DNA of 64,000 bases from an uncultured Alphaproteobacteria bacterium (lineage in GTDB: Bacteria; Pseudomonadota; Alphaproteobacteria; RF32; CAG-239): positions 20,949 through 84,948 of the forward strand of contig CALXVV010000002.1 of NCBI GenBank assembly GCA_944392205.1. Direction: 5' to 3'. This document shows, piece by piece, positions 31,088-40,022 of the stretch. The notes below the pieces were generated by a model, which made no database searches, was not told the origin of the DNA, and was given only the letters and a program-made list of their open reading frames with translations. The translations under genes and the position numbers were made by a program. Every line of letters starts with the position of its first letter. The first letter of the stretch is position 1.

Positions 31088-32314
31088 TTAAGAAACCTTA
31101 TTGTATTTTGGTTCCAGAAGCTCTTCTTTGCTTAATCTGAAGCCGCTGTTTATCCAGGCTTGCTCCCTTTCTTTCAGAATTCTACCGATTTGAGCTGTTT
31201 CTACGCCCCTATCCACCAAATCTTGGCCTCGCAGAGGAAATGTGGGAACCTCCATATGCTCTATTGCATCATACAGCCCCCAAAAATTAGGCAGAGGTTC
31301 TTTGTTGCGCGCCGTTATTAAAAGTAGCTTCTCTAGGCAAAACTCTTTGCCATATTCATAAGCCAAATGCAGTCTGCTTTTATCATCCAAAAGCTGATTT
31401 AGAGTAACGTCTTCTTCTGCCCAGCTTACAAATTTTTGGCGTTCTTTCTTACTAAACTTCAGCCTTTGTGCCAAATTCTCCGCAAAGGGAACATCTGGCT
31501 GGTACATCGTGAACAAGTAAAGCAAAGCCTTGTTGGCTAAGGTTCTTCCGTTTACCAGTTTTTTTATAAAATCAAGACTGTCTAGGTATTTGGCCTGCGG
31601 CATGATATAACTCATGATGTTGTTTTCTTGCATTATCTCTATGGTTTTTACCGCATTCTTGGTCAGCAAGATTTTCAACATCTCGTCTTTTATCCGCTCC
31701 ATTGGCAGATTTTTTAAGTTTTCGGCGTTTTCCGCGCAGGCCTCAACCGCCTTTTTATCGGGCTCGCCAACACCAAACATTGAATAGAATCGGAAAAAAC
31801 GCAAAATACGTAAATAGTCTTCTTTTACTCTTTGAGTGGCTGAGCCGATAAAGCGAACCACCCCTTTTTCCAAATCATCTATGCCGTTGTAGTAGTCAAA
31901 AACATTACCTTTCTCATCGGCGTAAACGGCGTTTATGGTCAAGTCACGGCGAGAGGCATCTTCCTCCCAATTATCCGTAAACTCAACTTCTGCATGACGA
32001 CCATCTGTTTTTATATCCTTGCGCAGAGAAGTCACCTCTACCAGAGAATCGTCTATCATTACTCCGACGGTTCCGTATTTTATTCCGATGGCAACGGTCT
32101 TTAGTCCTTCTTCTGTGCAGGCCTCTACCAACTCATCAGGCGAAAGGTTGGTGGCAAAATCCAAGTCTGAGCCTTCTATCCCCTTTAGGGCATCGCGCAC
32201 GGCGCCGCCAACAAAGCGGACAACGCCTCCGTGTTTTTCAACAACCTTAAACAACCGGAAGATTTTTTTGTTTTTTACAAGTTTATTTATATCAAGGTAA
32301 TTATCGCGTATCAT
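31088..32314 (-). CDS. cca: CCA tRNA nucleotidyltransferase / poly(A) polymerase family.
   Basis: Pol-beta nucleotidyltransferase head motif (VGGAVRDALKG, DLDFAT), the RRDLTINA motif, and a C-terminal tRNA-binding region. Confidence 0.85.
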   Translation of the reverse strand: MIRDNYLDINKLVKNKKIFRLFKVVEKHGGVVRFVGGAVRDALKGIEGSDLDFATNLSPDELVEACTEEGLKTVAIGIKYGTVGVMIDDSLVEVTSLRKDIKTDGRHAEVEFTDNWEEDASRRDLTINAVYADEKGNVFDYYNGIDDLEKGVVRFIGSATQRVKEDYLRILRFFRFYSMFGVGEPDKKAVEACAENAENLKNLPMERIKDEMLKILLTKNAVKTIEIMQENNIMSYIMPQAKYLDSLDFIKKLVNGRTLANKALLYLFTMYQPDVPFAENLAQRLKFSKKERQKFVSWAEEDVTLNQLLDDKSRLHLAYEYGKEFCLEKLLLITARNKEPLPNFWGLYDAIEHMEVPTFPLRGQDLVDRGVETAQIGRILKEREQAWINSGFRLSKEELLEPKYNKVS

Positions 32315-32409
32315 GCATCTTTCCTAAAATTTTTCTTGAAATTAACAGTTTTTATATATTTTTCAATTATTATTATGTTAATTTTAACGAAAATTGTGGG
32401 TAGTTTAGG

Positions 32410-32922
32410 ATGAAAAAGTTTTTATTTTTTATTGCATTAGCTCTTGTTTTTAATATTTCTTCTGCTCAGGCTGCAGCTCCGCAAGTCTTGGGAGAATATG
32501 GAGATTGGGTCGCTTATTACTACCGCGATAGTGCCGGACCCGTTTGCTATATGGCATCAACACCCAAAAAAGATGAGGGTAAATATACCAAACGCGGCGA
32601 TATCTATGCCGTGGTTACCCACCGCCCCAATGAGAAAAGCTTTGACGTGGTTAACTTTAATGCTGGATATACCTACAAAAGCGGGGCCAAAGTTACCGTG
32701 AAAATCGGCGCGAAAACATTTGAAAACCTTTTCACCAGCGGAGATAAAGCTTGGGCCACCAGCGAAAAAACAGACAAAGAGATTGTGGCCGCCATGAAGA
32801 GAGGCAGCCGTATGGTTGTGCATGGAACATCTTCCAGAGGGACAAAAACAAAAGACACATACTCTCTTTCTGGTTTCTCCAGCGCCTACCGAGCAATCTC
32901 CAATAAGTGCAAGGTTAAGTAG
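32410..32922 (+). CDS. ialB: Invasion-associated locus B (IalB) family periplasmic protein.
   Basis: Signal peptide, then the block AAPQVLGEYGDWVAYYYRDSAGPVCYMAS, which is characteristic of the IalB family. About 170 aa. Confidence 0.7.
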   Translation: MKKFLFFIALALVFNISSAQAAAPQVLGEYGDWVAYYYRDSAGPVCYMASTPKKDEGKYTKRGDIYAVVTHRPNEKSFDVVNFNAGYTYKSGAKVTVKIGAKTFENLFTSGDKAWATSEKTDKEIVAAMKRGSRMVVHGTSSRGTKTKDTYSLSGFSSAYRAISNKCKVK

Positions 32923-32924
32923 AC

Positions 32925-33986
32925 ATGGAAAAAATTGAGCTTGTCGGCCTCTCTAAAGAGGAATTGGCCGAGCAAATTGCCAAAATCGGGGAAAAACCTT
33001 TCCGCGCTAAGCAACTTTGGCAATGGATTTATTTTCGCGGCGAAACTGACTTTGAAAAGATGACCAATCTTTCTAAGGATTTGCGCCAAAAGCTTGCCTC
33101 TTGCTTTTCCATTTCTCGTCCTAAAATCGTTACCGAACAAATTTCTAAAGACAAAACCCACAAATGGCTGTTGGAATTTGCCGATGGTCAGAGAATCGAG
33201 ACTGTTTATATTCCTGAAGATGACCGCGGTGCCGTTTGTATATCCACTCAAGTTGGCTGCGCTGTTGGGTGCAAATTTTGCCATACCGGGAGCCAAAAAA
33301 TTACCCGAAACCTAACCGCTGGGGAAATTGTCTCCCAGTTTATGGTCGCCCGTGATGCTTATGGTGAGTGGCCTTCTCCGGTTAATGAAACTCGTTATCT
33401 TTCAAATATCGTGGTAATGGGAATGGGAGAGCCTTTGCATAATCCGGAAAATGTTTTTAAGGCCTTAAAAATTCTTTCCGACGGGGACGGAATTGCCATC
33501 TCTAAACGCAAAATCACCCTTTCAACGTCCGGAATTGCACCCAAAATTCCGTTGGTGGCAACCGAACTTGGCTGCAAATTGGCCATCAGCCTCCATGCGC
33601 CAAACAACGAAAAACGCTCACAGATTATGCCGATTAACGACCGCTACCCGATTGAAGAGGTTTTGGCCGGCTGTGTCGAATATCAACGCCTCATGAGTCC
33701 CGGGCGCTATGTGACGTTTGAATACCTGATGCTTAAAGATTTTAATGACTCACCTGAAGATGCCAGAGCCTTAATTGCACTCATGAAAAAATTTAAGCTC
33801 GGTGCCAAATTTAATCTCATTCCCTTTAATCCATGGCCGGGTTGTGACTTTCAACCAAGCTCCGGAAACAAGGTTAAGGCTTTTTCTAAAATCCTTGAAG
33901 ATGCCGGCTACGAGGCTCCTATCCGCGTGGCCAGAGGGCAAGATATTTTGGCCGCCTGCGGACAGCTTAAATCTAAAAAATCTTAA
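32925..33986 (+). CDS. rlmN: 23S rRNA / tRNA m2A methyltransferase RlmN (radical SAM).
   Basis: Radical SAM cluster CAVGCKFC. N-terminal HhH-like region (AKQLWQWIYF). The C-terminal conserved Cys is present. Confidence 0.9.
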   Translation: MEKIELVGLSKEELAEQIAKIGEKPFRAKQLWQWIYFRGETDFEKMTNLSKDLRQKLASCFSISRPKIVTEQISKDKTHKWLLEFADGQRIETVYIPEDDRGAVCISTQVGCAVGCKFCHTGSQKITRNLTAGEIVSQFMVARDAYGEWPSPVNETRYLSNIVVMGMGEPLHNPENVFKALKILSDGDGIAISKRKITLSTSGIAPKIPLVATELGCKLAISLHAPNNEKRSQIMPINDRYPIEEVLAGCVEYQRLMSPGRYVTFEYLMLKDFNDSPEDARALIALMKKFKLGAKFNLIPFNPWPGCDFQPSSGNKVKAFSKILEDAGYEAPIRVARGQDILAACGQLKSKKS

Positions 33987-33989
33987 AAA

Positions 33990-34340
33990 CTAAAACGCGT
34001 TTTCAAGATGGCAAACAGAAAAAGGCCATGTGACTAAAACCGCATCAAAGCGGATATCATATCCTCTGTATTTTTCATTAGCCGCCAAAAAAGCTTTTGC
34101 GGCCTGGCGAATCCGCTTTTGTTGGCGCGCTTCAATAGCATAGGCGGCATTTTCTATTGAGGTTCTTTTTTTGACCTCCACAAAAACGATGGTTTTACCT
34201 CTTTTTACAATCAAATCCACTTCCCCGGCGCCGGTGCCGCGGCCGGTAACATAGTTTTTGGCGACCTTACGGTAGCCTTTTAGGCGCAAGTACCATAAAG
34301 CAACGTCTTCCGCAAAATGTCCGAAATAGTAGTTATTCAT
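33990..34340 (-). CDS. yraN: YraN-family endonuclease (UPF0102).
   Basis: About 116 aa. Block HFAEDVALWYLRLKGYRKVAKNYVTGRGTGAGEVDLI...IVFVEVKKR matches YraN. Confidence 0.75.
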   Translation of the reverse strand: MNNYYFGHFAEDVALWYLRLKGYRKVAKNYVTGRGTGAGEVDLIVKRGKTIVFVEVKKRTSIENAAYAIEARQQKRIRQAAKAFLAANEKYRGYDIRFDAVLVTWPFSVCHLENAF

Positions 34341-35169
34341 TGTTTTTTAATTTCAGCGCAAGGTTGTAAACTTCATTCTTATTTAACCCATAGGCCTCGA
34401 CAATGTTCTTTACCGCGGTTTTCAGGGTTTCTTTTTTCATTTGTTCTTTCAGCAACTCTTCAATATCCAAACCTGCTGTTTTTATATCTTCCGGCGGTGG
34501 AGAAACCATCAGCACCATTTCTCCTTTAGGCTCTTTGGCTGCAAAGTGAGCAAGCAACTCTCGAGCGGTACCGTTAACACATTCCTCATAGACCTTGGTA
34601 ATCTCTCTTGCCACCGCTAATTCTCTGTCACCAAAAACCTCTGCGGCCACCTCCAAAGTTTTGACTATGCGGTTGGCGGTTTCGTAAAAAATAAGCGTGG
34701 TGTCTATCTCTTTCAGCTTATTAAACAAATCTTTGCGGGCTTTTTCTTTGTTGGGAATAAAACCGGCAAACATAAAACTGTTGGTAGGCAGGCCGGATAA
34801 TTGCAAAGCACAGATTAGCGCGCAAGCTCCGGGAATCGCGAAAACATCTACCCCCACCTCTCGGCAACGGTGGATAAGTTTGTAGCCGGGATCTGAAATC
34901 AGCGGACTGCCGGCATCGCTGATTTGAGCAATAATCTTGCCTTTTTGCGCCTCTGATACCAACATCTCTGTTTGCTCGGCCTCATTGTGATCCTCTAGTC
35001 GGATAAACTCTTTGTGAGCCGGCAACCCTAAAAGTGAAAACAATTTTCTTGCCACTCTTGTATCTTCACAGGCAATGATATCCGCCGCACTCAACACCTC
35101 TTTGGCGCGCTCGGAGATATCTTTGAGATTGCCTATGGGTGTGGCAACAATGTATATGCCGTTTTTCAA
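34333..35169 (-). CDS. rsmI: 16S rRNA (cytidine1402-2'-O)-methyltransferase.
   Basis: N-terminus IYIVATPIGNLKDISERA...ADIIACEDTR matches the RsmI tetrapyrrole-methylase-fold consensus (LYxVxTPIGNLxDIT). Confidence 0.9.
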   Translation of the reverse strand: MKNGIYIVATPIGNLKDISERAKEVLSAADIIACEDTRVARKLFSLLGLPAHKEFIRLEDHNEAEQTEMLVSEAQKGKIIAQISDAGSPLISDPGYKLIHRCREVGVDVFAIPGACALICALQLSGLPTNSFMFAGFIPNKEKARKDLFNKLKEIDTTLIFYETANRIVKTLEVAAEVFGDRELAVAREITKVYEECVNGTARELLAHFAAKEPKGEMVLMVSPPPEDIKTAGLDIEELLKEQMKKETLKTAVKNIVEAYGLNKNEVYNLALKLKNNE

Positions 35170-35210
35170 AAGACCTCTCTTTACATTAAGTAAAATATCC
35201 GTTACAACTT

Positions 35211-36659
35211 ATGAAAGATTGTTTTATATTTTGGGATAAATTGCAAGTGCTAAAAAAACTTAATTTAATTCTGCTCTGCTTAGGTCTGGTTGCCTGCTCT
35301 ACCACTCCTAAAGCCCCGGTCTTGGAGCGCAGTGGAATCGATGATTTTAATACTGATATTTCTGAGATAAACATCACTGACGCCGCAAGTTTTAGGGTCG
35401 GTGTGTTGCTGCCTTTGAGCGGGAAAGCCGCCACACATGGGCAAGGGCTTAAAAATGCTTCCATGATTGCTTTGGAAGATATCAATAACCCCAACCTTAT
35501 CTTGCAATATTATGATACCCAAAGCACACCGAGCGGTGCCAGAATTGCTGCCGAAAACGCCATCCGCCAACGCTCAAATTTGATTATCGGCCCCTTGATG
35601 AGCTCTGAGGTACAAGCTATTGCCGGTGAGACAATTTACCAGGGAATCCCGGTTATTGCTTTCTCTACCGCTCAAGAGGTTTTGCAGCCAACCGTTTATA
35701 CCATGGGCTTGTTGATTGAAGAACAGGTTAACCGCGTGGTTTCTTACGCCGCCGCTCAGGGGCGCAAACGCCTTGCGCTGCTTATCCCGGACAACTCAAC
35801 CGGAAATGCGGTGGCAAAAGCCGCGGTTAAATCCGCCCAGAAAAACGGTATGGCTGTTACCGTTATCGGATACTATCAACCACAAAATTCCGATTTTTCT
35901 GCCATTGCCAAAGACATGACCAACTATGGCGAAAGACATGCTCAGGTAGTGCGCCTTAAGGCAAGCTTAAAGGCGAGAGCTGATGCCGGTGATGCTCAAG
36001 CGGCCCGCGAGCTTGCAACCCTAAAGACCACAGAAGGTATCGGGGATCTTGGGTTTGACACGCTCTTGATTCCTGAAAGCGGAGCTAAGCTAACTTCTGC
36101 CATCTCTATGTTTGCTTACTATGATGCAGCTTATCCGGATGTCCAATTCCTTGGTACTTCTGTTTGGGAAAACGGACGCTTTAACAAAGAAAGCGTAATG
36201 CAAAAAAGTTGGTATCCTGTCATTTCAAGAGCTCATTCAAACTATTTTGCCGGCAAGTATTACCAAATATTCAACGAGCGTCCCAGCAGTCTTTATTCCT
36301 TTGCTTATGATGCTGTTGCTTTGGCCAATGAAATCTCTCGCAAAGGCTCCGAAAACATCAACCAGGTAATTACCAGTGTTGATGGCTACAGCGGAATTAA
36401 CGGAGCTTTTAGATTTTTTGAGGATGGAACCAACCAACACAGTCTTGATATTGTGGAAATTCGCTCTGACGGCGATGTGGTGGTTGATGTCGGGCCAAGA
36501 CGCTTTGACGACGATGGATCTTCGCAGCATTTGGCTCCCGTTGATACCTCTTATAACTTCAGCGCACCAAAGATTTTCGGTAAAGACCCGCAGGCCGCCC
36601 AGATTGCCATCTATGGCTCTTTGTTGCCCCAAGAAAATGCTGCTTTAAGCGGAGAATAA
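35211..36659 (+). CDS. lpoA: LpoA/LppC-like penicillin-binding-protein activator (periplasmic-binding-protein fold lipoprotein).
   Basis: Lipoprotein signal peptide with lipobox (LVACS) and a type I PBP-like domain (RVGVLLPLSGKAATHGQGLKNA). It is divergent from rsmI-yraN, as at the E. coli lpoA locus. Confidence 0.6.
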   Translation: MKDCFIFWDKLQVLKKLNLILLCLGLVACSTTPKAPVLERSGIDDFNTDISEINITDAASFRVGVLLPLSGKAATHGQGLKNASMIALEDINNPNLILQYYDTQSTPSGARIAAENAIRQRSNLIIGPLMSSEVQAIAGETIYQGIPVIAFSTAQEVLQPTVYTMGLLIEEQVNRVVSYAAAQGRKRLALLIPDNSTGNAVAKAAVKSAQKNGMAVTVIGYYQPQNSDFSAIAKDMTNYGERHAQVVRLKASLKARADAGDAQAARELATLKTTEGIGDLGFDTLLIPESGAKLTSAISMFAYYDAAYPDVQFLGTSVWENGRFNKESVMQKSWYPVISRAHSNYFAGKYYQIFNERPSSLYSFAYDAVALANEISRKGSENINQVITSVDGYSGINGAFRFFEDGTNQHSLDIVEIRSDGDVVVDVGPRRFDDDGSSQHLAPVDTSYNFSAPKIFGKDPQAAQIAIYGSLLPQENAALSGE

Positions 36660-36707
36660 AGCTAAATTTTACTTGAAAATTAGCGCCAATCTGCTAACTA
36701 TACCAAA

Positions 36708-36796
36708 GGAGAGCGGCGGGTTGACCTTTCGCCAACCCGGTCAGGTCCGGAAGGAAGCAGCCGTAACGAATCCGGTTGAGGTCGCTTGCTCTCCAC
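36708..36796 (+). ncRNA. ffs: Signal recognition particle RNA (4.5S RNA, small SRP type).
   Basis: Contains the conserved domain IV motif ggtcaggtccggaaggaagcagcc. The terminal helix ggagagc...gctctcc closes the molecule. Located immediately upstream of dnaX, as in other alphaproteobacteria. Confidence 0.8.
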
Positions 36797-36826
36797 TTTT
36801 TGAACTCTTTCTTGATTGAAGTTTTT

Positions 36827-38551
36827 ATGGCTGAAGATACTCAAAATAAACAAGATTATGTGGTTTTGGCCCGCAAGTATCGCCCCCAGAATTTTAACGA
36901 GCTTCTGGGGCAAGATGCTCTGGTGCAAACCCTTACCAACGCCATAAAAAACAATCGGCTTCACCATGCATATATCCTGACCGGAATCAGAGGTGTGGGT
37001 AAAACCACCACCGCTAGAATTATTGCCAAAGCGCTTAACTGCACAGGCAAAGACGGTCATGGCGGGCCGACAATCAACCCCTGCGGTATTTGCGAAAACT
37101 GCCGCGCCATCTCTGAGTCCAGACATATTGATGTTTTGGAGCTTGATGCTGCATCCAGAACAGGTGTTGATGATATGCGCGAAATCTTAGACGGTGTGCG
37201 CTATAAACCAACTAATGCCCGCTACAAAATATACATCATCGACGAAGTGCACATGCTTTCAAAAAGCGCGTTTAATGCCTTGCTTAAGACTTTGGAAGAG
37301 CCGCCTTCTCATGTTATATTTATCTTTGCCACAACCGAAATTCGCAAAGTGCCCGTTACTGTTTTATCTCGGTGCCAAAGGTTTGACTTGCAGCGGTTGA
37401 CCATTGATACCTTGTTTAACCATTTCAAAAATATTATTGCCAAAGAAGGCTTGAGCGCCGAAGATGAGGCTTTGCGCCTGATTGCCAAAGCTGCCGACGG
37501 CTCTTGCCGTGATGGCTTGTCTCTTTTGGACCAGGCTATATCTTTGGGCGGCGGCGTGGTTAAGACCGATGTCGTTAAAAACATGATCGGTCTTGCTGAT
37601 CGTACTCAAACTTTTGATTTGTTTGAAAAACTTTTGGCCGGTAAAGTTGATGCCGTGGTGCAGAGCTTGGCGGAAATGTATAAAAACGGTGCCACTCCTT
37701 TAACCGTTTTGCAAGATCTGATTAACATTACCCATTTGTTGGCTAAGGTTAAGATTATTCCGGCCTTTGCCAATGATGACAGCCTCTCGGAAAGCGAAAA
37801 AGAGTTTTGTGCCAAAGTGGCGCCAAATGCTCCGATTGCCATTCTTTCTAAAATCTGGCAGATGATGATTAAGGGTTTGTCCGAACTCTCTTTGGCCCCG
37901 GTCCAGATAGACGCGCTTGAGATGATACTCATCAGGATTGCATATTCTGCCAGCTTGCCAACGCCGCTTGAGATTCTCAACGACGTAAAAAAAAAATCTG
38001 AATTAGCCCCAACTATCGGTGTGGCGCCTAAGCCGGTACAGGTTCAGCCTGCCGCAGAGACTTCTCTTGCACCGGCGGAGGTTGCTCCTGAAGGAAAAGG
38101 TTTGGTTTTTAGTTCGCCAGAGGAACTTGCCGCTTATTTGGAATGCTCTAAAAAAGTTTTGCTGGCTTATACTTTTAAGCACGATATCTCTTTTAGCGAA
38201 TTTGCTCCGGGAAAGATGAAAATCACCGCCTCTGATAAAATCAATAATGATTTCTTGCTGAATTTACAAAATATTCTTATTGAGGCAACCGGAAGCAAGT
38301 GGGATATTGAGGTTTTGCGAGGGCACCTGGGCGAAACGATTGCCGACAAAGAAGAAGCCGCCGAAAACGCCAACAAAAAAAGTGTCTCCGACCTACCGCT
38401 GGTCAAGGCTATTTTGGCTGAATTTAAGGGTTCTAAAATTGAGACCCTAACACGCAAAATCAGCTCAACCGATGAAGAAGAGCCTGAAGAAGCAACAAGC
38501 TCGTTTAACAGCTATGATGACAATGATAACTATTTTGATGAGGATTTATAA
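36827..38551 (+). CDS. dnaX: DNA polymerase III subunits tau/gamma.
   Basis: MAEDTQNKQDYVVLARKYRPQNF is the canonical N-terminus. AAA+ clamp-loader motifs (GIRGVGKTT, DEVHMLS, SRC). The track start at 36776 overlaps the SRP RNA. An A10 run at 37987-37996 is noted under findings. Confidence 0.9.
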   Translation: MAEDTQNKQDYVVLARKYRPQNFNELLGQDALVQTLTNAIKNNRLHHAYILTGIRGVGKTTTARIIAKALNCTGKDGHGGPTINPCGICENCRAISESRHIDVLELDAASRTGVDDMREILDGVRYKPTNARYKIYIIDEVHMLSKSAFNALLKTLEEPPSHVIFIFATTEIRKVPVTVLSRCQRFDLQRLTIDTLFNHFKNIIAKEGLSAEDEALRLIAKAADGSCRDGLSLLDQAISLGGGVVKTDVVKNMIGLADRTQTFDLFEKLLAGKVDAVVQSLAEMYKNGATPLTVLQDLINITHLLAKVKIIPAFANDDSLSESEKEFCAKVAPNAPIAILSKIWQMMIKGLSELSLAPVQIDALEMILIRIAYSASLPTPLEILNDVKKKSELAPTIGVAPKPVQVQPAAETSLAPAEVAPEGKGLVFSSPEELAAYLECSKKVLLAYTFKHDISFSEFAPGKMKITASDKINNDFLLNLQNILIEATGSKWDIEVLRGHLGETIADKEEAAENANKKSVSDLPLVKAILAEFKGSKIETLTRKISSTDEEEPEEATSSFNSYDDNDNYFDEDL

Positions 38552-38553
38552 AA

Positions 38554-38874
38554 ATGATGAATATTCAAGGCATTATGAAACAAGCACAAATGATGCAAAA
38601 GAAAATGGAAGAAGAGCAAGCCAAACTTGCGCAGGAAGAAGTTGAAGGATCTTCCGGCGGCGGTATGGTTAAGGTTACCTTAAACGGCAAATTTGAGATG
38701 AAAAAACTCTCTCTGGACAACAGCCTTGTAGATCCTCAGGATGTGGAAGTTTTGGAAGATTTGATTGTGGCTGCCTATAATGATGCCAAAAACAAGGTTG
38801 ATGCCAAAATGCAAGACAGCATGAATGCCTTGAGCGGCGGGCTTAACCTCGGCGGTTTGAAACTTCCGTTCTAG
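38554..38874 (+). CDS. ybaB: Nucleoid-associated protein YbaB/EbfC.
   Basis: 106 aa. MKQAQMMQKKMEEEQAKL N-terminus and GGLNLGGLKLPF C-terminus, typical of YbaB. Conserved position between dnaX and recR. Confidence 0.9.
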   Translation: MMNIQGIMKQAQMMQKKMEEEQAKLAQEEVEGSSGGGMVKVTLNGKFEMKKLSLDNSLVDPQDVEVLEDLIVAAYNDAKNKVDAKMQDSMNALSGGLNLGGLKLPF

Positions 38875-38905
38875 CGTTTTATTTCTGGTAAAAAAGAGAA
38901 AGATA

Positions 38906-39499
38906 ATGGCCGGAAACGAAATTGAAAAACTGGTTAAGCAAATTGCCAAACTGCCCTCTTTAGGTACGCGCTCGGCCAGAAGAATTGTCCTGCATCTGCT
39001 TAAGAAAAAAGAAACATCTCTTTTGCCGTTGATTGAGGCCCTAAACGAGGTGGCAACAAATATTCAAACCTGTGAAATCTGCGGCAACTTTGATACGGTT
39101 TTGCCCTGCTCGGTTTGCACATCAACAACCAGAGATTCTAAAATTCTTTGCGTAGTGCAAGATGTGGCTGATTTGTGGGCAATGGAGCGTGTATCCCAAT
39201 TTAAGGGAAAATATCATGTGCTGGGAGGCGTTTTATCGGCTCTGGAGGGGGTTGTGCCTGAAGACTTGAACATTGAACCTCTTCTTAAAAGAATCGCTTC
39301 TGAGGGCGTGCAGGAGGTTATTTTGGCTCTGCCGGCAACTGTGGATGGGCAAATTACCGCTCACTACCTTTCTTCTCGCCTCAAGGACTTTAATGTTAAG
39401 ATAACAACCCTTGCGCAAGGAATCCCCATGGGAGCCGAGCTGGACTACATGGATGAAGGCACCTTACAACTGGCGCTTAATTCTAGAAAAGCTTTGTAA
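38906..39499 (+). CDS. recR: Recombination protein RecR.
   Basis: HhH N-terminus (LPSLGTRSARRIVLHLL), C4 zinc finger (CEICGNF...CSVC) and Toprim domain. Confidence 0.9.
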   Translation: MAGNEIEKLVKQIAKLPSLGTRSARRIVLHLLKKKETSLLPLIEALNEVATNIQTCEICGNFDTVLPCSVCTSTTRDSKILCVVQDVADLWAMERVSQFKGKYHVLGGVLSALEGVVPEDLNIEPLLKRIASEGVQEVILALPATVDGQITAHYLSSRLKDFNVKITTLAQGIPMGAELDYMDEGTLQLALNSRKAL

Positions 39500-39533
39500 T
39501 TCCGAACCCTGAGAATTTTATCAGGGTTCGGAA
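39500..39533. terminator. Bidirectional terminator between recR (+) and the HTH gene (-).
   Basis: ttccgaaccctga gaatttta tcagggttcggaa: a perfect 11-bp stem. Confidence 0.75.
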
Positions 39534-39541
39534 AACTCTTT

Positions 39542-39775
39542 TTAATCCTGCAATAAAATCCGGACTTTTTTGCCGTAGTATTTGGCCAGGGCGTAGACTG
39601 CGCCCATGTTTATGCCGCCGCGGCCCAGCTCCAAATTATCTAAAATATACATCGGGACACCGGTTTCGGCACAGACTCTTTCCATGCTCAGCTGCTTGGA
39701 GCTACGTATCTGATGAAGCTGCTGGGCAAGACTGCCCTGCAAACCTATTAACTCTTTTATTTCCTTATTTCTCAT
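39542..39775 (-). CDS. XRE-family helix-turn-helix transcriptional regulator (77 aa).
   Basis: HTH LSMERVCAETGVPMYILDNLELGR. RBS aaggag before the ATG. Confidence 0.5.
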   Translation of the reverse strand: MRNKEIKELIGLQGSLAQQLHQIRSSKQLSMERVCAETGVPMYILDNLELGRGGINMGAVYALAKYYGKKVRILLQD

Positions 39776-39807
39776 TTTGAAACTCCTTTATTTTGTTACT
39801 TAAAACA

Positions 39808-39838
39808 AAACCGCCTTTTTAAGAAAAAAAGGCGGGGA
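39808..39838 (-). terminator. Rho-independent terminator downstream of cvpA, upstream of the HTH gene.
   Basis: On the minus strand: ccccgcctttttttcttaaaaaggcggtttt. Confidence 0.6.
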
Positions 39839-40022
39839 GTTCACAACTGCTCAAGAACAGTCCGGGTTCTTCGAGCATAGCCTTATTCCCCCGGCTCCCC
39901 ATAAAAGGAGTTGTTCTTTTTCTTGAGAGGAGCTGTGACACTCCGCAGGCGCAACTCGCACCTGCAGAGCCAATATTAAAACATTTTGCTTAAATTACAA
40001 TTAAAATTATTCGGCGCTTGGC

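Noticed and set aside
36776-36826. N-terminal extension of dnaX (MRSLALHFLNSFLIEVF).
   Set aside because: It overlaps the SRP RNA gene. The conserved dnaX N-terminus begins at MAEDTQ (36827).
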